64,000 nt of DNA from Patescibacteria group bacterium UBA6532. Lineage in GTDB: Bacteria > Patescibacteriota > Minisyncoccia > Minisyncoccales > UBA6532. Made by a program: the position numbers and the translations under genes. The DNA lies in assembly GCA_002434805.1 (NCBI GenBank), contig DJKW01000001.1, positions 5,805 through 69,804 on the forward strand, read 5' to 3'. The notes under the pieces are model-generated. The model had not been told where the DNA came from, made no database searches, and saw only the letters and a list, made by a program, of their open reading frames with translations. Shown piece after piece: positions 59,530 through 64,000 of this stretch; position 1 is the stretch's first letter, and the number at the start of each line of letters is the position of its first letter.

Positions 59530-59817
59530 TTAAATAGTGTATTCTATTACTCTATTTTTATCATCCAGAGTTTCTTTTTCAAGTGGCACTCTGGTAAGTA
59601 AAAGTCTGAGTAATTTGAGTGAACTTAAGATATTATTGGTTAGAAAAACTTCAACTGTTCTATCTAGAACTCTCTCTAACTGTTCCTGTAAAAAAACAGA
59701 TGTTTCACTTGTATCAACTATGACATATCGCTCCCTTAAAATACGTCTTTGAAGAGAATCTATTTTTTCTTGAATTTCTTTAAGTTCTTTCAGTGAATAT
59801 TCATCAGATTCAATCAT
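59530..59817 (-). CDS. Hypothetical coiled-coil protein
   Basis: 95 aa. Confidence 0.35.
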   Translation of the reverse strand: MIESDEYSLKELKEIQEKIDSLQRRILRERYVIVDTSETSVFLQEQLERVLDRTVEVFLTNNILSSLKLLRLLLTRVPLEKETLDDKNRVIEYTI

Positions 59818-59857
59818 TTTTTATCACTTTTAAAAGATATCAATTTATTAAAAGTTT

Positions 59858-59935
59858 GTCAATAAAAAAATGCCTGTTTGACGAATAAAAAATGGCGAAT
59901 TAGTTTCCTAAAACGCCCTTAATTTTTTGATAGTT
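59858..59935 (-). promoter_or_regulatory. Conserved module, copy J, with a TTGACA-N17 promoter
   Basis: Read directly from the sequence. Confidence 0.45.
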
Positions 59936-59937
59936 GA

Positions 59938-60153
59938 TTAGTCAGATGGTTGGATATCAGATTTCTCGAAACCACAGTTTGAACATACAAGTTTCCCTGG
60001 TTTTCCTTTATTCAAGAAAGATGCACATTTTGGACAACGAGCATATTCGCTTACTTTATTTAATGTTTCTATTAATCCATATTTATCATCTTTTTCTTCA
60101 TTATCATCAGGCTTAATACTGATTACTTGCATTTTATTTTTTTTATTTTCCAA
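59938..60153 (-). CDS. Zinc-ribbon protein (CPKC-x15-CSNC)
   Basis: 71 aa with an acidic N-terminus and a C-terminal 4-Cys ribbon. Confidence 0.5.
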   Translation of the reverse strand: MENKKNKMQVISIKPDDNEEKDDKYGLIETLNKVSEYARCPKCASFLNKGKPGKLVCSNCGFEKSDIQPSD

Positions 60154-60209
60154 AGAACTTTTCTCCTTGAATAAAGATATAACTATCTTCCTAGAAAGTC
60201 AAATTCTTT

Positions 60210-60275
60210 ACTAAAAAATCGCCTTCCTGGCGACAAGCAGTTGCGGGACCTAGATGACCTTAGAACTATATTTCA
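60210..60275 (-). promoter_or_regulatory. Conserved module, copy K
   Basis: AAAAAATCGCCTTCCTGGCGA...AGTTGCGGGACCTAGATGACCTTAGAAC. Confidence 0.5.
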
Positions 60276-60582
60276 ATATCAAACCAAATACACTTACCTA
60301 CCAAAACTTTCCCGTTTTACTAATCACTTTTATCAATTATTTATTTTACCCCAAAAATTACTAAAATAGTGATTTTTTAGATAGGTAAAAAATTAATTTG
60401 CTAAATAAAATAAAGCAAATAAATAAATCAACAAAGCAACCCTTACTTTTTTATAGAAGACTTTTTGATTGATACCACTTTTCTCCACTTAGCCAACATT
60501 GTAGGATTTGAGGAACATATTCTGCAACTAATAGGAGCTACTTTCTTTTTTAAAGTATTTTTTTTCATAATTTATAAAGAAA

Positions 60583-60831
60583 TTAAATCTTTAATTCTCG
60601 ACCTTTATCTTTTAATAAGATATCATAATAAAGCAAATTCCACAAGGGATACAAGCAAGTATCTCCTTTCTGTAATGAATTTAAAATTTTATCTTTTTCT
60701 ATTGCTCCTTTATTTTTGGCAGATTCCCTCTTAAACCACTTTGATGTTTTTTTATCAACAATATAAATAGCATCTCCTAAATATAGATAATCAACACCTT
60801 TACCTTTTTTAATTTGGACAACAATACGCAT
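60583..60831 (-). CDS. Hypothetical small protein immediately downstream of the radical-SAM pair
   Basis: 82 aa. Confidence 0.4.
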   Translation of the reverse strand: MRIVVQIKKGKGVDYLYLGDAIYIVDKKTSKWFKRESAKNKGAIEKDKILNSLQKGDTCLYPLWNLLYYDILLKDKGRELKI

Positions 60832-60858
60832 ATTTGGTTCTTTATTTATTATAGCAAT

Positions 60859-61854
60859 TTAAATATCGCAACTAAAATCTTCTCCATGAATATCTCCTTT
60901 GGTATACGCTATAGCCCTGCATCCTCCACATATATACTTAAACCGACAAGACTTGCATTTTCCTCTTAGGTTTTCTTTAAAGAATATATTTGTTTTTTTA
61001 ATTTTTTTTAAAATGTTTTCTAGGGAATCAGAGTATAAATTTCCTAGTCTATAAGGAATATAAGCACATGGATAGATGTCTAAATTAGGTTTAACGTAAA
61101 AATTTGCTATTCCCGCAAGACATCCGGCAAACATCTCACCGTTATATATATTACCATACTCCTTTAGTTTTTCTATATATTTTTGATTAAATAAATTAAT
61201 CTTAGGATTATCTGTTGTAATGCCAATTTTATATTTTTCAGATAATGTGTAAATTTTATTAAATAATTCTTTATCCGAAACCTTATTTTTTTCCCAAAAA
61301 GAGTAATTTTTTCCAGAGGGAAGAATATTTTGTAACGCGATACGTTTAAATTTTTTTTTGTCTAAAAACCCAATTAAATCCTCTAAATACCCGATGTTCT
61401 CTTTTTGCACAACACATTTAAAAATCACGTTTCCGCCACCTGATTTAAGCCTTAAAGCGTTTTCTATTATTTTATCAAAAATACCCGCAATGCCCCTGAT
61501 CTTTTCATGAATCTTTTTGGGACCATCAATACTTATTTGTATAAGATCAATTTTAGACTTTAATAAATTATTCAAAACCGAATTATTAAATATCCCATTA
61601 GTTGTTATTGCCCTAAATAAACCTTGTTTTTTCGTAATATAGAGCAAGTCAAAAATATCATCTCTTAATGTTGGTTCTCCGCCTGAAAAATTAATTTCTT
61701 TAAAACCTAACTTTTTAGCATTTTCTATAATTTTTTTAAGTTTACGAAAATCCGGCTCTATTTGTCCCTTATTAATAGCCTCTCTTACGCAATGCTGACA
61801 CCGCAAATTACATCTGTTAGTTATATCTATTTGTAATACCTGATATTTTTGCAT
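60859..61854 (-). CDS. Radical SAM enzyme with a C-terminal SPASM/twitch Cys-rich domain
   Basis: CNLRCQHC (CxxxCxxC), and a C-terminal GCLAG...CAYIP...CKSC...CGGC...C cluster. Confidence 0.8.
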   Translation of the reverse strand: MQKYQVLQIDITNRCNLRCQHCVREAINKGQIEPDFRKLKKIIENAKKLGFKEINFSGGEPTLRDDIFDLLYITKKQGLFRAITTNGIFNNSVLNNLLKSKIDLIQISIDGPKKIHEKIRGIAGIFDKIIENALRLKSGGGNVIFKCVVQKENIGYLEDLIGFLDKKKFKRIALQNILPSGKNYSFWEKNKVSDKELFNKIYTLSEKYKIGITTDNPKINLFNQKYIEKLKEYGNIYNGEMFAGCLAGIANFYVKPNLDIYPCAYIPYRLGNLYSDSLENILKKIKKTNIFFKENLRGKCKSCRFKYICGGCRAIAYTKGDIHGEDFSCDI

Positions 61855-61858
61855 AAAT

Positions 61859-62911
61859 TTATTTATTCAAAAATGCACAGTATGGATCACAAGAATATAT
61901 ATCGCCAGTTAAGTGATATGTATCACAAGGACATCCTCCAAAACAAATGTCATAGTATTTGCAATCTGTTTTAATCAACTTTTTCCTCTTGTGTTTCCAT
62001 TCTAAACCAGTTTTTGAATTCCAAATTTCTTTAAGGGAGTTTTTATACACATTTCCCATTACAAATATATCATCAAAACCATATGGGCAATGTGTTACTC
62101 TTCCATCGGGCCATATGAAGCAACTATATTCTCCACAAGGACAGCCAAAATTATGCGTTATAATAGATTTTTCAATTTCTTTTGCAGATTCTTTAATTTC
62201 TGAAGCATTGTTTCTTTTCTGTATCAAACATTCAATTTTATTTACTTCGGCAATATCCAATATCTTACTATAAATCCTATTAAGGTTTTTATCTTTAATA
62301 AATAATTTATTATAATTAATTAACCCCTGACCTGTAGGATGAAATAAACCAGCCGAAAAAAAAGTTTTTATTTTTTGCTTACCTATATACTTTAAAAAAA
62401 TTAAAATATCCTGATAATTTATTTTTGTTATAGTAGTAGTGAATATGAACGGAAGCTCGTATTCTATGCCCAAACGAATATTCTTTTTTAGTTTCTCAAA
62501 ATTATTCTTGTTAGTTCTACAAAATCTTTTTAATATTTTTTCAGAAAATCCATGGATGCTAATATCAATATGAGACACTCTCAGTTTTGCTAGTTCTTTT
62601 ATGATTGCTTTATCAAGAACAGTAAAATTAGTATTTAAATGTATCCGCATCTTTTTTCTTTCGGCATATCTTAATACCTCCATTATACGTCCATTTTGGT
62701 ATAAAAAAGGTTCGCCACCCGTTATGTTGAGATTATAAACCCTGTTAGCTTCCATCTCATCTATAATATTTTTCACTGTTTCAATATTCAAATCTTTATT
62801 TATCCCTCGATCAACAACACAACAATGCATACAATTAAAGTTGCATTTATCGGTAATTATAATTGAGACCTCTAGAGGAAATATTTGTCTTTTCCATTTA
62901 ATTTTCTGCAT
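61859..62911 (-). CDS. Radical SAM enzyme with a C-terminal SPASM domain
   Basis: CNFNCMHC, and a C-terminal GCPCGEYSC...HCPY...CKYYDICFGGCPCD...CDPYC. Confidence 0.8.
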   Translation of the reverse strand: MQKIKWKRQIFPLEVSIIITDKCNFNCMHCCVVDRGINKDLNIETVKNIIDEMEANRVYNLNITGGEPFLYQNGRIMEVLRYAERKKMRIHLNTNFTVLDKAIIKELAKLRVSHIDISIHGFSEKILKRFCRTNKNNFEKLKKNIRLGIEYELPFIFTTTITKINYQDILIFLKYIGKQKIKTFFSAGLFHPTGQGLINYNKLFIKDKNLNRIYSKILDIAEVNKIECLIQKRNNASEIKESAKEIEKSIITHNFGCPCGEYSCFIWPDGRVTHCPYGFDDIFVMGNVYKNSLKEIWNSKTGLEWKHKRKKLIKTDCKYYDICFGGCPCDTYHLTGDIYSCDPYCAFLNK

Positions 62912-62921
62912 ATTTGAATTT

Positions 62922-63227
62922 TTAATTTATTATAAAATAATCGTTCCTATATGTTTCTGAAAGATATTTCGTTCTATTTGTGTTAATTAAACCAATAACT
63001 TTATATCTCCCCTTTTCTCTATTGCCCACATTATATTTTCTAAAATAATCAGAATTACTTTGGGGTTTGCATTTAAAACTAAACAAAAAAGATTTAACCA
63101 ACTCATTTGTGGGAGAAAAAATCAAAATTTCTATAATCCCCTTCAAGGTATTATTTCTTCTATTAGAAACTCTTAAATGAATGGTTATATCTTTATTTTT
63201 TGAAACTTTCCTAGGATATATACTCAT
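62922..63227 (-). CDS. Hypothetical 101-aa protein 10 nt upstream of the radical-SAM pair (candidate substrate or partner)
   Basis: Position only. Confidence 0.4.
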   Translation of the reverse strand: MSIYPRKVSKNKDITIHLRVSNRRNNTLKGIIEILIFSPTNELVKSFLFSFKCKPQSNSDYFRKYNVGNREKGRYKVIGLINTNRTKYLSETYRNDYFIIN

Positions 63228-63326
63228 ATTTATTGTTTTACCTTTTTTCTATCTATAATGGGCTTACTCTGAACAGGCTTGACGTAAAACGGAGAACGCG
63301 TCACGTGGACGACGTTATAAGCGGTT

Positions 63327-63668
63327 TTACTTAGGTTTCTTCTTAAATTTATATGTGTAAGCAAAAACTGGCGTATTATTGTTAATCTTATAGGCAGGAT
63401 TATGACGCCTAAATGCTTTTATAAGTTCCTGTCTGTTTTTATATGTTTTATAGTGAGTTTTATCCTTTAGGTCTATCTGTCCGACAGTTGTTATAATAAC
63501 TTTTGTTATTTTTCCGAATCCAAAAATTTCTTCTGTCTGGCTATTTTCAAAAGCCACAACATCGCCTTTTTTTAACTTATGGTCTCTGAGTCTCCAGGTA
63601 CTTATTTTCCCATCAAAAACCTGTGGGACAATACTCTCGTGAAACCCCATTTTTGGCAAATTTTTCAT
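63327..63668 (-). CDS. ASCH/PUA-like small protein
   Basis: GFHESIVPQVFDGKISTWRLRDHKLKKGDVVAFEN...FGFGKITKV resembles the ASCH beta-barrel pattern. Confidence 0.4.
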   Translation of the reverse strand: MKNLPKMGFHESIVPQVFDGKISTWRLRDHKLKKGDVVAFENSQTEEIFGFGKITKVIITTVGQIDLKDKTHYKTYKNRQELIKAFRRHNPAYKINNNTPVFAYTYKFKKKPK

Positions 63669-63676
63669 ATCTTTAT

Positions 63677-63790
63677 CCTACCAAAAAACCGCCTTCTTGG
63701 CGATAAATAGTTGCGGGTCGTGGACGATATTAGAACCTGTTTTTGCTTAAATGAATAAAAAAAGGTTCTTTCTGAGAACATCTTTTTTGG
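63677..63790 (-). promoter_or_regulatory. Conserved module, copy L, the most complete example
   Basis: CTACCAAAAAACCGCCTTCTTGGCGATAAATAGTTGCGGGTCGTGGACGATATTAGAACCTGTTTTTGC...AAAAAAAGGTTCT-TTCTG-AGAACATCTTTTTT. Confidence 0.55.
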
Positions 63791-63798
63791 CTTGTTTT

Positions 63799-63999
63799 TT
63801 ACTTCAACTGTTGACACCGATGAGCAAGATTAGATAAATCTTCTTTACTTAAAACTTCCTCTGCCATTGGATATAGGCAATCATTTTCTTTATTAATATG
63901 ATCCTGTAAAAGACTTATTATCGCTAGACTGCTTTCTTTAATTTGACTTTCGTTATCCTCATTAAGGGCTTCTTTTAATTTCCTTACATGATTTCTCTT
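63799..63999 (-). CDS. Hemerythrin-like small protein, C-terminal part. The 5' end lies beyond the window.
   Basis: ...HINKENDCLYPMAEEVLSKEDLSNL... Open frame to the window edge. Confidence 0.35.
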   Translation of the reverse strand, partial: KRNHVRKLKEALNEDNESQIKESSLAIISLLQDHINKENDCLYPMAEEVLSKEDLSNLAHRCQQLK

Positions 64000-64000
64000 T

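Noticed and set aside
60465-60734. Plus-strand 89-aa ORF
   Set aside because: Its Phe/Leu/Tyr-rich translation overlaps the minus-strand 60583-60831 ORF, which sits in the correct position of the operon. It is a shadow ORF.
43120-63790. Integron-like gene-cassette array, with the repeated modules read as attC sites
   Set aside because: The array is co-oriented, made of small ORFs, and has a repeated imperfect-palindromic element between every gene, which is suggestive. Against it, the run contains core genes (obg, rarA, the helicase-nuclease), no intI or attI is in the window, and the conserved parts read better as an intrinsic terminator plus an extended -10 promoter than as R''/L''/L'/R' core sites. 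I kept it as a hypothesis inside the module finding only.

Overview
The window looks like a densely packed, AT-rich small-genome bacterium, and the gene content and short tightly spaced genes suggest Candidate Phyla Radiation / Patescibacteria. The bacterial identity rests on bacteria-specific genes: ribosomal proteins L9 and L27, the peptidoglycan genes murG, ftsW, mraY and murD, the hrcA-grpE-dnaK-dnaJ chaperone operon, and greA, obg and corA.

The first ~43 kb is mostly housekeeping. It holds three tRNA synthetase genes, lysS, serS and gltX, and a split, atypically ordered cell-division/cell-wall cluster: MurF-like/FemX/FtsQ on the plus strand, and ftsZ-galU-eno-aspS-dacA-mraY-[PP-loop protein]-murD-ftsW-murG on the minus strand. 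It also has a tRNA-Lys(UUU), a CIRCE-like operator upstream of hrcA, and a single Xer-type tyrosine recombinase flanked by short direct repeats.

The last ~21 kb (about 43-64 kb) reads as an accessory-like stretch. It is almost entirely minus-strand small genes, each preceded by a conserved terminator/promoter-like intergenic module present in at least 12 copies. Embedded in it are an intact archaeal-type transcription factor B (TFIIB) homolog carrying bacterial expression signals, several zinc-ribbon/CxxC mini-proteins, a UvrD-helicase/Cas4-like nuclease fusion plus a standalone Cas4-like nuclease with no CRISPR array, and two tandem radical-SAM/SPASM enzymes with flanking small ORFs.

The candidates I would look at first for novelty are the TFB island, the tandem radical-SAM locus, the repeated intergenic module family, and a PP-loop/zinc protein inserted between mraY and murD. 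All calls come from reading the translations and the DNA by eye. No database searches were run.
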